Shown: in pieces, positions 8,383-18,502 of the stretch
Position numbering within the stretch: position 1 is the stretch's first letter
Layout of the letters: each line of letters opens with the position of its first letter
Source: a virus
Taxonomy: Duplodnaviria > Caudoviricetes
DNA: 45,094 nucleotides
Reading direction: 5' to 3' (one strand)
Virus record (IMG/VR): IMGVR_UViG_3300049982_000072
Span: 1 to 45,094 of that record
The notes under the pieces: generated by a model
The model's database searches: none
What the model was told of the DNA's origin: nothing
What the model saw: the letters and a program-made list of their open reading frames with translations, nothing else
Program-made: the position numbers and the translations under genes

Positions 8383-9308
8383 CAGATGGCCGTGATCTTC
8401 CACGCCGACGCGGGCTCAAGCACGATGGGCACGGTGACCCGGCGGCAGCGGATCCGCCACTCGTCGGTATCGTCCTTGCGGATCGTCTTGGCCTGGACGC
8501 CCACACCGCCGGCCGACGTGTAGCCCGGCCCGCCAAGGTCCTCGTCCGCCATGCCGCCGAGCTGCAGAGAGTCCAATACGTACGCGGTATTGGCGGTCGG
8601 GACGTTGGGCGAGGCGAGCCACCGCATGCCGAGGATGGTCGGGAACTCACCGGTCATGGCCGGGTTGGCGGTCGCGGTCTCGCGAGGAACGTAGCCCGCG
8701 GCAACGAATGCGACCATCGCGTTGACCCAGTTGATGTCGTCCAGGACGACGGTGTCAGGATCGTAACCCTGATTCAGCGCAATCACGTTTGCCTTGGCGA
8801 GGCCAACGTCCTTGAGCATCTGCGCGGCGGTGGCTGTCGACCAGTCGGCAGCGGCGGCAGTGTTCTGGGTGACCGCCGTGGAAATGGCGCTCAGGGCAAC
8901 AGAGTCCACGTACTTGACGTTCTGGTTGGCAAGCTTGGTCATCGCGCGGTTGACGGGGTCCATGTTGCGCCGGGCAATGGATGCATCGGTGATCAGCGCA
9001 TCCTGACCCCAGTTGACCGTCTTGGCGAGCGACGCCGGACCGGTGGCCGGGTTGACCAGCGGGTACTCGGCGCCCGGAGTAACGGCGCGCGGGTCCTCAC
9101 CAGAGAAGATGGACTCACCGGTCTCATACTCGATCGAGCCGCTACCGGTCGCGTTGAAACGCCCTGTCAGCAAGGCATCCGCGATGTATCGCTGTTCGAG
9201 CAGGGTGCGCAGACGGCGCGCAATGAGAGTCGGGTTGTTGAGAAACCGACTGATGGTGACGTTATCGCCGCTGATCGTGGGAGCAGCGGGCGGGTAGGTG
9301 TAAGGCAT
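8382..9308 (-). CDS. Major capsid protein (HK97 fold)
   Basis: 308 aa with V.PGAEYP, K...WG....ITD and GYDPDTVVL motifs; follows protease and decoration genes. Confidence 0.9.
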   Translation of the reverse strand: MPYTYPPAAPTISGDNVTISRFLNNPTLIARRLRTLLEQRYIADALLTGRFNATGSGSIEYETGESIFSGEDPRAVTPGAEYPLVNPATGPASLAKTVNWGQDALITDASIARRNMDPVNRAMTKLANQNVKYVDSVALSAISTAVTQNTAAAADWSTATAAQMLKDVGLAKANVIALNQGYDPDTVVLDDINWVNAMVAFVAAGYVPRETATANPAMTGEFPTILGMRWLASPNVPTANTAYVLDSLQLGGMADEDLGGPGYTSAGGVGVQAKTIRKDDTDEWRIRCRRVTVPIVLEPASAWKITAI

Positions 9309-9322
9309 GTTGGCGTATCCCC

Positions 9323-9691
9323 TTACCGCATTAGAACTTCGATGAGGTCGCCATCGGCGGCGGCTGATGTGAGAGCCACGCCCACGAGCTGACCGAACGT
9401 TCCGGCACCGATCGCGGCGACCTTGCCGGTTGCGGTGGCGGCGAGGTTGTCCCCCGCGGTGACGGCAGTGGATGCGGTAAGCCGCTGCACACCCCCGTTG
9501 AAAAGAGTCACCTTTTCGCCCACGGCCGCGTCGAACGCGGCGACACCGCAGACCTTGACGGACGCGGCACCGGCGGGACCAACGGTGCTAACGCCGTTGA
9601 CCTCCACCAGCCGGCCTCCGACAACGGCGGTCGTGGCAACAGTCGACGTGAACGACTGGCCAGGCTTGAACAGCGGAACGTAATCGGCCAT
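9323..9691 (-). CDS. Capsid decoration/cement protein (DUF2190-like)
   Basis: Gly/Ala/Val-rich; GVAAFDAAVGE.V and VGVAL..A.ADGD.IEV motifs. Confidence 0.82.
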   Translation of the reverse strand: MADYVPLFKPGQSFTSTVATTAVVGGRLVEVNGVSTVGPAGAASVKVCGVAAFDAAVGEKVTLFNGGVQRLTASTAVTAGDNLAATATGKVAAIGAGTFGQLVGVALTSAAADGDLIEVLMR

Positions 9692-9694
9692 GGC

Positions 9695-10933
9695 CTAGAC
9701 CGCCTTCTCAGCGAACAGCTTGTTGTACAGGGCATCGTCTTCGGCCACGTCCGACAACGAACCCGTGTAGCCGTGGGGGCCGTCGACCGGCACAAGACCG
9801 GTAGCGAGCGCGGCAAGCTCGGTCTCAGAACCGGAGTCCTTCTCAAGCTTGTTCAGCCAATCGGCCTTACGTGCAAGGGAGATCCGGCCGTCGCGAATGG
9901 CCGCGCTGACGAGGTTTTCGCGGTGCTCGGTGAGCTGTTGCGCTCGCGCGTCCCGGCCCGCCTGTGCGTCGGTGCGGAGCTGATTCAGAACGCCCTCATC
10001 GATGGTGACAGTGCCCGGCAGGGACCCGTCCACCTCGTCGGCGTCGTCCTCGGTGTCCTCGGTCTCCGTGGCCTCGTCCGGGTCGGTCTCGGTGTTCGGG
10101 TCGGTGTCGTTGTCTGCGGCAACGGTGTCCAGGGCGGCCATAATCGCCGCCTCGTCAGCATCGGCACTAATGCCAAGCCGCTGTCGTACCTTGGCCAACG
10201 TGTCAGGCATGGCCGGTCCTTCCTTGTCTGTAACGGAATCCGGCGGCTTGGCCGGAAGATAGGGTGCGGGCGCGTCGGCACGTCCGGCGTACGCAAACAC
10301 GGACAGGTTGAAGCGGGCTTTGGCCTTGTCGCTTGCCGTCTTGGACGGCTCGACCCGATCGGCCAGACCGGCGGCGACGGCTTCCTTGTCCGAGTACCAC
10401 GTCTCTGCCTGCATGGCCTCGCGCCAGTCGGAGACGGTCCCGCCGGCCTTGTCCTTGTAGGCGGCGGCAAGGTTGTCCGAGGCGCGGTTGAGGTCGTCGG
10501 CCATCGTCTGCATTTCCTTGGCGTTGCCGATGGCAACACCCCACGCGTCATGAATCATCAGCTCTGCTTGACGCGACATGACAACCTCATCCGCGCCCAT
10601 GGCAACAATCGACGCCGCGGACGCGGCCAGACCGTCAACGAACACAGTCACCTTGGCGTTGTGACGGCGGAGGGCATTCATCATGGCGATGCCCTCGAAC
10701 ACGTTGCCGCCGGGGGAGTTCAGCCGGACGTGAACCTCTGCGGTGTCAACCGCCGACAGGTCCTCGGCAAACGCCTTGGCCGATACGCCGGTGCCGAACC
10801 ACGGGTCCTCCCCGATCTCGTCATAGAGCAGAATCTCTGTGACAGCAGGGTTTTCGGCCGCATTGCGGATCCGGTACTCACCGCGGCGATTCATCAGAGA
10901 CGCTGCGCTGGGGAAGAGTCGGGGAGTGCTCAT
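9695..10933 (-). CDS. ClpP-type head maturation protease fused to scaffold
   Basis: LNSPGG.VFEG, GLAASAAS (catalytic Ser), MIHD (His), ETW...EAV..GLAD; acidic linker then helical scaffold C-terminus. Confidence 0.92.
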   Translation of the reverse strand: MSTPRLFPSAASLMNRRGEYRIRNAAENPAVTEILLYDEIGEDPWFGTGVSAKAFAEDLSAVDTAEVHVRLNSPGGNVFEGIAMMNALRRHNAKVTVFVDGLAASAASIVAMGADEVVMSRQAELMIHDAWGVAIGNAKEMQTMADDLNRASDNLAAAYKDKAGGTVSDWREAMQAETWYSDKEAVAAGLADRVEPSKTASDKAKARFNLSVFAYAGRADAPAPYLPAKPPDSVTDKEGPAMPDTLAKVRQRLGISADADEAAIMAALDTVAADNDTDPNTETDPDEATETEDTEDDADEVDGSLPGTVTIDEGVLNQLRTDAQAGRDARAQQLTEHRENLVSAAIRDGRISLARKADWLNKLEKDSGSETELAALATGLVPVDGPHGYTGSLSDVAEDDALYNKLFAEKAV

Positions 10934-12165
10934 GGTGTCGGTCCTCCGGGCGCTGGATCCTTCGGCGGCAGGCCGAGCTGTTGACGGACCGCTTCCTCAA
11001 GGCTCTTGTCAGGCAGGAGAATCCCGGCATCTGTGAGCAGCTTGATAGCGGCGGCGGTTGCTTGCTGTTGGCTACCGATCTCCTGAAAACCGATCACCGG
11101 CGCGGGCTCATCGGTGCCCCAATTCCAGTCAACGAGGTCTTCAACGACGTGCTGCGTTGCGGTGTCTGCGATCTGCTGCGCAAGCCCCTGCAACGACAAC
11201 GTGAAAAAGTCCGCGAACGTCGAACCGAGCGCCCAGCTCCCGGTCTGCGTGCCGAGGTTCAAAAAATGCGCCAAGACGGCGCGGGCAATCTGCTCATCGT
11301 GGTAGCGGATGACCGGCAAAGCGTCCGGAATCGCACCCTCAACACCGGCAAGCCGAAGCTTTGCCCCGTTGGGCGTTGCGGCTCCTGCGCCGTCACCGGC
11401 ACGGACCGACGTAGCGAGCGTGGTTCCGGCGGTGAGGTCGGTTTCACCCTCTGCCGCCTCGTAAATCGGCAAACCGAGCCCATTGCGCTCAATCGACATG
11501 GTGTTGATCTGCAAAAGCCGGTCCTTGAGGAGCCAGTTTTTGTATGCCGGGCGCAACAGCGAGACACCCGCCCAGTTGCCGCCCTCGCGCTCGTACACGT
11601 AGGCCACGAGCCGCGATACAGGGATCGTGACGGGACCTGCGGTATCGATGTGGCCGTGCTGTTCAATCGACTCAAGCCCGCCGTCGACGGCCACGTTCCA
11701 CGCGCTGATCGTGCGCGCCGGCCGAAGCGACAACCGGCGTAGATGCACCATGCCGTCAACACCAATGCGCGCCTCTTGCTCGAACAGTGAATGCCCGTAG
11801 CGGAGCATCAGCAAGGACAACCGCAGGTGCTCGAACCATGAGAACCGGTCACGCGTTCGCCTGACAGGCTTGGGCTCAGCCCCCTTGATCGGCAGCCCAA
11901 GATCGTCACTGACGAGCTGCACAACCTCGTCACGTGCGCCGTTGGGCTCTAGCCACCAGTCGGTACGCAGGATCGGCAGCACCACGGCCCGCAGTACGGA
12001 GCGGATCTGGGCATCCTGCCGCCCCATCTGGTCGTACACCTCGACCGACAGCGGCCACCGCAGGTCAGGAACCCGCTCATCCTGCGTACCGGGCGGTGCC
12101 CACCACGACACGTAATCGTTCTGATAGCCCTTGGCAACGATCGGGGGCGGAACCTTGTCTGCCAC
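10930..12165 (-). CDS. Portal protein (Mu gp29/DUF935-like)
   Basis: G.SLLRPAY..WLLK, ER.G.G.P and YHDEQIARAVL..FL....GSWALG motifs; follows TerL. Confidence 0.9.
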   Translation of the reverse strand: MADKVPPPIVAKGYQNDYVSWWAPPGTQDERVPDLRWPLSVEVYDQMGRQDAQIRSVLRAVVLPILRTDWWLEPNGARDEVVQLVSDDLGLPIKGAEPKPVRRTRDRFSWFEHLRLSLLMLRYGHSLFEQEARIGVDGMVHLRRLSLRPARTISAWNVAVDGGLESIEQHGHIDTAGPVTIPVSRLVAYVYEREGGNWAGVSLLRPAYKNWLLKDRLLQINTMSIERNGLGLPIYEAAEGETDLTAGTTLATSVRAGDGAGAATPNGAKLRLAGVEGAIPDALPVIRYHDEQIARAVLAHFLNLGTQTGSWALGSTFADFFTLSLQGLAQQIADTATQHVVEDLVDWNWGTDEPAPVIGFQEIGSQQQATAAAIKLLTDAGILLPDKSLEEAVRQQLGLPPKDPAPGGPTP

Positions 12166-12178
12166 GGGCCACCGCCTC

Positions 12179-13642
12179 TCAGAAGTGCGTTAGCAGTGCG
12201 GGGCTTGATCCCCTGATGGCTACGGGCGAGGGCGGCGGCGGCTTGGGTGCCTCGGGCAACATCGCGGACCAGACGGCCAGCGTTGCCGCCTCCAACGTCG
12301 AAATGTCGGCGGTCGAGACCTTCCGTCCCCACGCCCACCGGTCGCCTACAAGCCGCCGTACAGCGCCGTTCACGGCGGTCTCTAGCTCGGGGTACGTCGC
12401 GTGCCGGACGCGACCCTGCCGGACGAGGTCCAACAACGAGGCGCAGGCGTCCAGAACGCTGGACGTGTCCAGCGCGGTCACCTCGACCCCGGCGCGCTCG
12501 AGGTGCGGGATCAGCGACGCGGCCGGTCCCCTGCGGTCAATCACCACCGGCACGCGGTGTCGGCGCTGCAACTGCGCGGCCCGCTCGACCACCCACGCGG
12601 TACCGGGGCCGTGCTGCAACGGCTTGACGTGGACGAGGTCACCCATCCGTCCGGCACCGGTGATGGCGGCGTGCGTCTGGTCCATGGATGCGGCGATGCC
12701 CACGGCAACCATCGGGACGCCCTCCGGTGGTGCACCGGCGCACGCTTCCCACTTGCCCGGACCGAAGGCGGCATCTGCCGTGCCGGGCTCGTCCCACCAG
12801 CCCAAGAATTCGCGAATGTACTCATCCGGCGGCATCTCGTGGCGGAAGTCCTGCATGCGTTCCGCGGTGATGCGGCGGCCGTAGGCGGGGTTCGCCATCT
12901 CCAACAGGTCGAGCCGATCAGCCACGCAACCGAGCACCTTGCCGACCTCATGCGTACAGCCCGGATCGGCACACTCGACCACCGGCGCGGCCCACTCGAA
13001 CCACGCGGCGCGAGGGGCACCACCGGCCCGGCCACGGTCGCGCACACGGCGCAAAACGTCTGAGTCCACAAAGCCGGCCGACGATGCGTAGCGGACCTGA
13101 GCACCCTTGCGCGTGGCGAGGATCGGCATCAACGAGCCGGTCTGCGACGACTGTAAAAACAGTGCTTCATCCCACGTGATCTTGTCCCCGGTGATCCCTC
13201 GACCGCCGCCCTTGCTCCGGGCATGGAACTCGATCCGCTCACCGGTGACCAGCTCGATAGCGAGATTGCCGTTGCCACGTGTGACGGCCTTGACCCGCTT
13301 GAGGAAATCGTCGTTGCCCTCGATCAACTGCACCATGTGCGTGAACGTCTTTTGCGCCGTCGCGAACAGATGCGCCGTCCATGCGTGCATGGGCTCGCCC
13401 AACACGAAAACGTCTGTGAGAGCGGCGATTTCGAGCGTTGCCGTCTTGAGGTTTTGCCGCGGGGCAACGATGCCAACCGAGAAACACGCGGGCCGACCGG
13501 GGTCGTTCTCAGCAAAGATCGCGTCCAGGATCATCCGCTGTTCTTCGTCCATGGGCATGCCGAGCTGTTCGCCCACGCCAGCCGCCAGGTCGCCGAAGGT
13601 CTGCCGGTAGTCCGGAACCCACATGTACGCGGGCTCACGCAC
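12179..13642 (-). CDS. terL: Terminase large subunit
   Basis: Walker A-like PRQNLKT, GGRG.TGD...WDEA Walker B, ANPAYG, REFLGWW and ADISTLEA nuclease motif; start GTG 13642 overlaps the TerS stop. Confidence 0.93.
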   Translation of the reverse strand: MREPAYMWVPDYRQTFGDLAAGVGEQLGMPMDEEQRMILDAIFAENDPGRPACFSVGIVAPRQNLKTATLEIAALTDVFVLGEPMHAWTAHLFATAQKTFTHMVQLIEGNDDFLKRVKAVTRGNGNLAIELVTGERIEFHARSKGGGRGITGDKITWDEALFLQSSQTGSLMPILATRKGAQVRYASSAGFVDSDVLRRVRDRGRAGGAPRAAWFEWAAPVVECADPGCTHEVGKVLGCVADRLDLLEMANPAYGRRITAERMQDFRHEMPPDEYIREFLGWWDEPGTADAAFGPGKWEACAGAPPEGVPMVAVGIAASMDQTHAAITGAGRMGDLVHVKPLQHGPGTAWVVERAAQLQRRHRVPVVIDRRGPAASLIPHLERAGVEVTALDTSSVLDACASLLDLVRQGRVRHATYPELETAVNGAVRRLVGDRWAWGRKVSTADISTLEAATLAVWSAMLPEAPKPPPPSPVAIRGSSPALLTHF

Positions 13643-14051
13643 TGGCGCGCCTCGCGGCCAACTCGTCACGGGCGTTGTCCAGCGGCGACGAGTCTTGCGC
13701 CACCCCGCTGGTTGCCGATCGCAACGTCGCCTCAAGCTGCTTGACCAACGCGGCCAGTCCAGCGCCGGTATCCCGGCCGCCGTCGACCTTGCGGGCCATC
13801 ACCAAGGCAGCTCGACCAAGCGGGGTATCTACACGCGCGGTGTCGGTCAGGACAGCGAGCGTCGCGGACTCGACCGCGCCGGCCACCTCGCCAACCTCAG
13901 CCGATGTGGGGCCGATGGCAACGACCGTGCCGCTCGCCTCTTCGGCCCGGCGCTTGCGCGACGCCCGCATACCGCAGGTCTTCCCGCAGTACATAGAAGT
14001 TCTTGACTTCGCCTCGTACGGGGTGCCGCACACGTTGCACGATCGGCGCAT
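13635..14051 (-). CDS. terS: Terminase small subunit with N-terminal Zn finger
   Basis: CxxC...YCxxxC followed by A..MA.KVD...LAALVKQL and LD..RDELAARR; immediately upstream of TerL; RBS GGAGGT. Confidence 0.78.
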   Translation of the reverse strand: MRRSCNVCGTPYEAKSRTSMYCGKTCGMRASRKRRAEEASGTVVAIGPTSAEVGEVAGAVESATLAVLTDTARVDTPLGRAALVMARKVDGGRDTGAGLAALVKQLEATLRSATSGVAQDSSPLDNARDELAARRASA

Positions 14052-14202
14052 CGCGGCCACCTCCGCACAACGCGAATAGTTGCACCGACAACCCAGAGTC
14101 ACTAGGGAGTCGCCTCGACTGGCGCGGGGGCCATGGCGCACGCTCAGCGCTAGATTTTTTCGTCGCTCTCGGTGACGAACGACTTAGTTGCTGATGGCAA
14201 GA

Positions 14203-14478
14203 TCACCACTCGCGCGAGATCATCTGATGCTTGGCGTTCGTCGCGGCGGCACCGGCCCGACCACCCGTTGCCAGGTTGCACGGCGGACACTCAACGCCTC
14301 GGTACTTCGATCGGTCGTTGTCGTCATGACCGAGGTGCCACGGGTTGCCCGGCTTGATCGGCGTACCGCACCGCCAACACTCAGCCGCACCCGCGTCAAC
14401 CACGCGCTTCCACTTGGCCCGCGCTTGCTGATGCGCCCAGCCGTAGCCGCGTTCCTCGGTGCTGCCTGCCTTGGGCAT
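14203..14478 (-). CDS. HNH endonuclease (packaging-associated, HK97 gp74-like position)
   Basis: RGYG..HQ..R, CWRC, WHLGH and ECPPCN motifs; upstream of TerS. Confidence 0.85.
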   Translation of the reverse strand: MPKAGSTEERGYGWAHQQARAKWKRVVDAGAAECWRCGTPIKPGNPWHLGHDDNDRSKYRGVECPPCNLATGGRAGAAATNAKHQMISREW

Positions 14479-14499
14479 GAGCAACACCCCCCTTGCAGA

Positions 14500-14555
14500 C
14501 CACAACCCCCACCCGTACGGCCTCTGTCTGCGCAACGTACGGATGGGGGTCGTGG
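14500..14555 (-). terminator. Long stem-loop in the late-operon leader (terminator/attenuator candidate)
   Basis: CCACAACCCCCACCCGTACG...CGTACGGATGGGGGTCGTGG imperfect inverted repeat. Confidence 0.45.
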
Positions 14556-14671
14556 GTGTCCAGCGCCAACCGGATCCCGAACCAGCGTGAGTAGCGGCGT
14601 GTCGTGTCCGCACTTCCACGCGCTGCGATTTCACCACGCGCTACGGGCCGCCAGCAACCAACACACGGTAC

Positions 14672-15673
14672 TCAGTCAAGGTTCTGACGTGTCGTAAGTT
14701 CCACAATCACGTCTGTTGGTGTACCGGCCTGCATCCGCCGATCGAACTCGGTTGCGGTCATGTCATCGTCGGCACGCTCAACGCGGTGCTGTGTGTCGGC
14801 CACGTCGTACAAGGTCTCACCGCTGATCGTGCGCCCGTGCTTGCGCACCAGTCCGCGTGATCCCCACACGCGGATGACGGTGGGCTTCACCCCGAACCGC
14901 TCGCCCAGCTCCACGGCGGTGAGGCTCGTGGCATGCGCACGGTAGGCCACGCCGACGGCGTAGTGGTACTGGTCCGCCGTCATCTCCCGATGGCAGGGCT
15001 TGCAGCGGTAGGTGTCCTGTGCGCCCTGTGCCGTGGTGGTCCGTACCATCCGCGTGCCGCACTGCACACACGGTGCCCCCCGCTCCTCCCGGATCCCGTC
15101 CCGCAGTACGTCCTCAAGGTGCGCCCGGCACTGCCTCAGCTCCCGTGCGAACTCCCCAAAGTCGGGCTCCCACTGATCGGCCATGTAGCCGAGCTGGGTG
15201 TTGAGGTACGCCCATGCCGAGGGCAACGACAGTGCGGCCTCGGTGTCGTGGACGAGGTAGTCACGCCAGACCTGCTCCCACGTTCCGAGCACCCACAGCG
15301 GGTGCATCTCGTCGCGAGCGTCGGCAAGGTAGTCCGCCGGCACCCGCCCGAACATCGCGGCGGTAGCCGTGTTGCGCCACGCCTCAGGGTCGGCCGCGGG
15401 GCCAAGCAACATCATCGCCTCGGAGTCCACGCCCCGCAGGACGGCTTCCTCAGGCAGGGCGTCGCACAGGTCACCGATTGCCCGCAGATCGTTGCGCGTG
15501 GCATCCACGCACCCGGCGCACACCAGCACGGCGGGATGGGTCCGGCCACACACGATGCAGTGCGGGCGCTCGCACGGCAGGCAGCCCACGTCCCCGTCAC
15601 ACTCGCACGGGTCCAGGTGCCGACCGGTCAGGACACGGGGCAGCTCGGAGGACACCCATCGGCATGCGGTCAT
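14672..15673 (-). CDS. Zn-ribbon plus C-terminal HTH protein, putative late transcription regulator
   Basis: Multiple CxxC pairs; C-terminal LTAVEL...GVKPTVIRVW.SRG...LYDV HTH; sits just upstream of the late operon. Confidence 0.7.
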   Translation of the reverse strand: MTACRWVSSELPRVLTGRHLDPCECDGDVGCLPCERPHCIVCGRTHPAVLVCAGCVDATRNDLRAIGDLCDALPEEAVLRGVDSEAMMLLGPAADPEAWRNTATAAMFGRVPADYLADARDEMHPLWVLGTWEQVWRDYLVHDTEAALSLPSAWAYLNTQLGYMADQWEPDFGEFARELRQCRAHLEDVLRDGIREERGAPCVQCGTRMVRTTTAQGAQDTYRCKPCHREMTADQYHYAVGVAYRAHATSLTAVELGERFGVKPTVIRVWGSRGLVRKHGRTISGETLYDVADTQHRVERADDDMTATEFDRRMQAGTPTDVIVELTTRQNLD

Positions 15674-15690
15674 TGTGAAACTCCCCTGTC

Positions 15691-16116
15691 TCAGAACGGC
15701 GGATCTACGGGCAGCGGTTCGGGTAGTCGGTTGACCGAGGGGGCGTGCGGCAGTGTGACGCCCCCGCACACATGGGCGGCCAGTACGTCATAGCGGGTAC
15801 CCGCCGGTGCCCCCTCGATCTGCCAGCGGTCGCGGACCTGCAACTCCAGCCGGCCGATCCCGACGTGCAGCGCGTACGTCGTCCGGCCGCTCAACAGCGC
15901 CAGCACCTCACCCATCGGGGCCAGCGGCAACGGGTCCACCATGGCCACCCACGCACAGCGGTCGTTGTCGAGCCCAACCAAGATCGAGCACGGACAGTAG
16001 CGGCAGCGGGTGACCCGCGCACGCCGGCCAACCCGGTCATTGCCCATGGCCCCGATGGTCTGAAGGTGCCTCACCAACCACTCCGGCATCGTGGTCAAAG
16101 GCGTGTCGCCGGGCAA
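15691..16116 (-). CDS. Hypothetical Zn-binding protein
   Basis: CRYC...VDP.PL...GE..A...GR.TY and HVC motifs; start codon uncertain. Confidence 0.65.
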   Translation of the reverse strand: MPGDTPLTTMPEWLVRHLQTIGAMGNDRVGRRARVTRCRYCPCSILVGLDNDRCAWVAMVDPLPLAPMGEVLALLSGRTTYALHVGIGRLELQVRDRWQIEGAPAGTRYDVLAAHVCGGVTLPHAPSVNRLPEPLPVDPPF

Positions 16117-16117
16117 G

Positions 16118-16263
16118 ACGTACCAACTATGTAGGTATAGGCGTGTAGAGAATATGAGTCAGAGCTAATGTCAATGCCCTCTCTTTCGTACGTGCTACGC
16201 GTACCTACCTACTTAGTTGGTACGTTTTCGGGATTGGGGGTGGGTGTACCTACATTTCTGGTA
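16118..16263. other. Putative replication origin (20-bp inverted repeat around an AT-richer spacer)
   Basis: ACGTACCAACTATGTAGGTA (16118-16137) vs TACCTACTTAGTTGGTACGT (16206-16225), 19/20 complementary; partial third copy at 16247-16263; immediately downstream of the primase/helicase. Confidence 0.6.
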
Positions 16264-18502
16264 AGGCCGCGATGGCGTCGGCGTTGATGCCATCAGCAAC
16301 CGAGTACAGCCACTTGGTACCGGTGCCGCCGAGCGATTCCTCACGGCACGTCAGAATCCTGAGGATGTGCAACGCCTGTAACTGTCTGTCGACCGTGGCA
16401 CGGGGTTTCCCGAGCCGCTTGCGAACGTCGCTGACGGTTGAGCCCGGATGCGCGGCCACGTCATCGAGAATGTCCAGACGGAGCGGTGGCATCGAGTCGC
16501 GGGCACATCTGATGGCCAACCGCAACGCCTGCCCCCGGTCCATGCCCACGGCAACCGCACCGCGGACAACCTGTGTGAGCTGTTTGGCAAACCGGGTGGG
16601 CATCTCCGGGGCGTGCGCGTCGATGACGTCACCCTTGTAGTCGTACTCCACGCCGGTGCGGGCGCGCGTGACAAGATTGGCGGCGGCCAGCAGTGTCCGG
16701 ACCTCCTCACGGGTCACCAGCACCCCGGCACCGTCGACCACACCCGCCAGGACGCCCGCCACCGCCCCCGACAGCTCCGCACGCATCTCCACCTCATGAC
16801 CGGTGTTCCAAATCGCCTGTTCGCCCGCCTCCTCACGGTGCAGGTTCGAGTCCACCCGGAGCAGGATGAACCGGTCACCCATCGACGCAATCACGTCATG
16901 CGCCCGGTCCCACGCGGTCGTGACGGCCCCGACCACCGCAATCCGCCCGCGCCACTCCAACGTCTGCCCGCCATCGGTGCCGACGTTGCGGGACCACCGG
17001 CCGTCATGCATCTCCCGGAGCGCGGCCAGCAGCATCCCCCGGCTGGTCCGCTCCATCGACAGGATGGAGGTCACGTCCTTGATGACCAGAACACCCCGGT
17101 CCCCGAGCTGCCGCAACAGTCCGCCGGTGGCCTCTTTCGACCGGTCCTTACGCGACGTTGCCGACAGCAACGCACCCTCGGAGGAAATCGCGCTGACCAC
17201 GAGCGCGCCGACGCCGTCGAGCGCCTGGACGGTCTCCGTCTTGGCGTTTCCCGATCCCGAGATCAGCAGCAGCCACAGCGGGTCCCCGTCGAGCCGTTCG
17301 GCCGCCGCCGTGGCGAGGACCGCGTCCAGGGCATCAGTCTCGAAATCCTTGCCGAGCCACCGCATGAACACGGTGTGCGCCTCGTCCCGGCTCATCGGTA
17401 CGACGGTCGGCAGCGTCGGCGCGGTGGGCAACAACTTCGGCTCGATCCGCTGAGGTTCCGCCATCGGGTCAACCTCGCGCGCCGGCCGGGACTGTGTGGA
17501 CTGTTGTTCGGGCGGTGAGCCGTAGCCCTTCCCTCGCAGATCCCGCGCCGCCGCGCTGTAGTCGCCGCCGTTGTGCAACAGCGTGTACGCCGCGAACTTG
17601 CTATAGGGGCGTTCGGTCTCGAACTCGGTTGAGGAGCTGAACACGTACAGGTTGTCAGCGTCGTTACGGCCGGTGGTCGCGCTGATTCCGTCCCGCGGGT
17701 TCTTGCCCGGCCGCACCCACGCCCAACAGTTGCCCCCGAACGACCGGACCCGCGTCCAGCCACTCAGAATGTCGTCCCACGAGGCGCGCTCGTTGTAGTC
17801 GTCGCCGGGTCGTACGATTCCGGCGCTCGCAGTGGCGTCGATATAGGAAGATACGCGCGGAGTCACGTCGACGGACGGCATGGCGTCGAACATCGCCGCC
17901 ACCACGTGCAGGGCGTCCCGTTCGGCCACGGTGATCACCGGCACGGACTCCGGACCGCCCATCAGCCGCACCCACGGTTTACCGGTCGCGTGCGTGCGCC
18001 CGGCGGACGGGGCGACGACCACAAAGCCGCCCTCGCCGCGTGTCTCCAACAGCACCTTGACGCGGTCCTTGCTGTTGGCCTCCAATTCGTCCGCGGTAGC
18101 CGGCCGACGCGCGAGCTTCAGATTGGGCCGTGCCTGCCCGTCGACGCGGAACAACCAGTGCAACCCGCCGGACGGTGACTGTTCGAGGTAGCCGCGATTG
18201 AGGCGGTCCCACAGATGGCCAAAGCCGTTGGCCACCAGCGCGGCACGGAACGCGGGCAACGTGTACTCCACCGCCCGCCCCTCGACCTCCAACAGCTCGA
18301 GGCCGCCGGACACTGCACCGCAGACGATCCCGAGCCCGTCATACGCGCCGAACTCGAACCAGTAAATCAACGCCTCATCGTCGGCGCGCTCGGTCTGGTA
18401 CTGCTTCCACGCCACCGCCGGTGCCTTGGTGCCGTCCGCCGCCACCGGGATCACCGAGAAACCGGCCGCCGCCCACGCCCTTGCGGCCTCTAACAGGTCC
18501 AT
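16250..18502 (-). CDS. Bifunctional prim-pol primase with C-terminal helicase/ATPase
   Basis: G.SVIPV..DG.K.P...WK.YQ, SPSGGLHW, ETRGEGGFVVVAPS (prim-pol); SGSGNAKT Walker A-like; C-terminal winged HTH. Confidence 0.88.
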   Translation of the reverse strand: MDLLEAARAWAAAGFSVIPVAADGTKAPAVAWKQYQTERADDEALIYWFEFGAYDGLGIVCGAVSGGLELLEVEGRAVEYTLPAFRAALVANGFGHLWDRLNRGYLEQSPSGGLHWLFRVDGQARPNLKLARRPATADELEANSKDRVKVLLETRGEGGFVVVAPSAGRTHATGKPWVRLMGGPESVPVITVAERDALHVVAAMFDAMPSVDVTPRVSSYIDATASAGIVRPGDDYNERASWDDILSGWTRVRSFGGNCWAWVRPGKNPRDGISATTGRNDADNLYVFSSSTEFETERPYSKFAAYTLLHNGGDYSAAARDLRGKGYGSPPEQQSTQSRPAREVDPMAEPQRIEPKLLPTAPTLPTVVPMSRDEAHTVFMRWLGKDFETDALDAVLATAAAERLDGDPLWLLLISGSGNAKTETVQALDGVGALVVSAISSEGALLSATSRKDRSKEATGGLLRQLGDRGVLVIKDVTSILSMERTSRGMLLAALREMHDGRWSRNVGTDGGQTLEWRGRIAVVGAVTTAWDRAHDVIASMGDRFILLRVDSNLHREEAGEQAIWNTGHEVEMRAELSGAVAGVLAGVVDGAGVLVTREEVRTLLAAANLVTRARTGVEYDYKGDVIDAHAPEMPTRFAKQLTQVVRGAVAVGMDRGQALRLAIRCARDSMPPLRLDILDDVAAHPGSTVSDVRKRLGKPRATVDRQLQALHILRILTCREESLGGTGTKWLYSVADGINADAIAALPEM

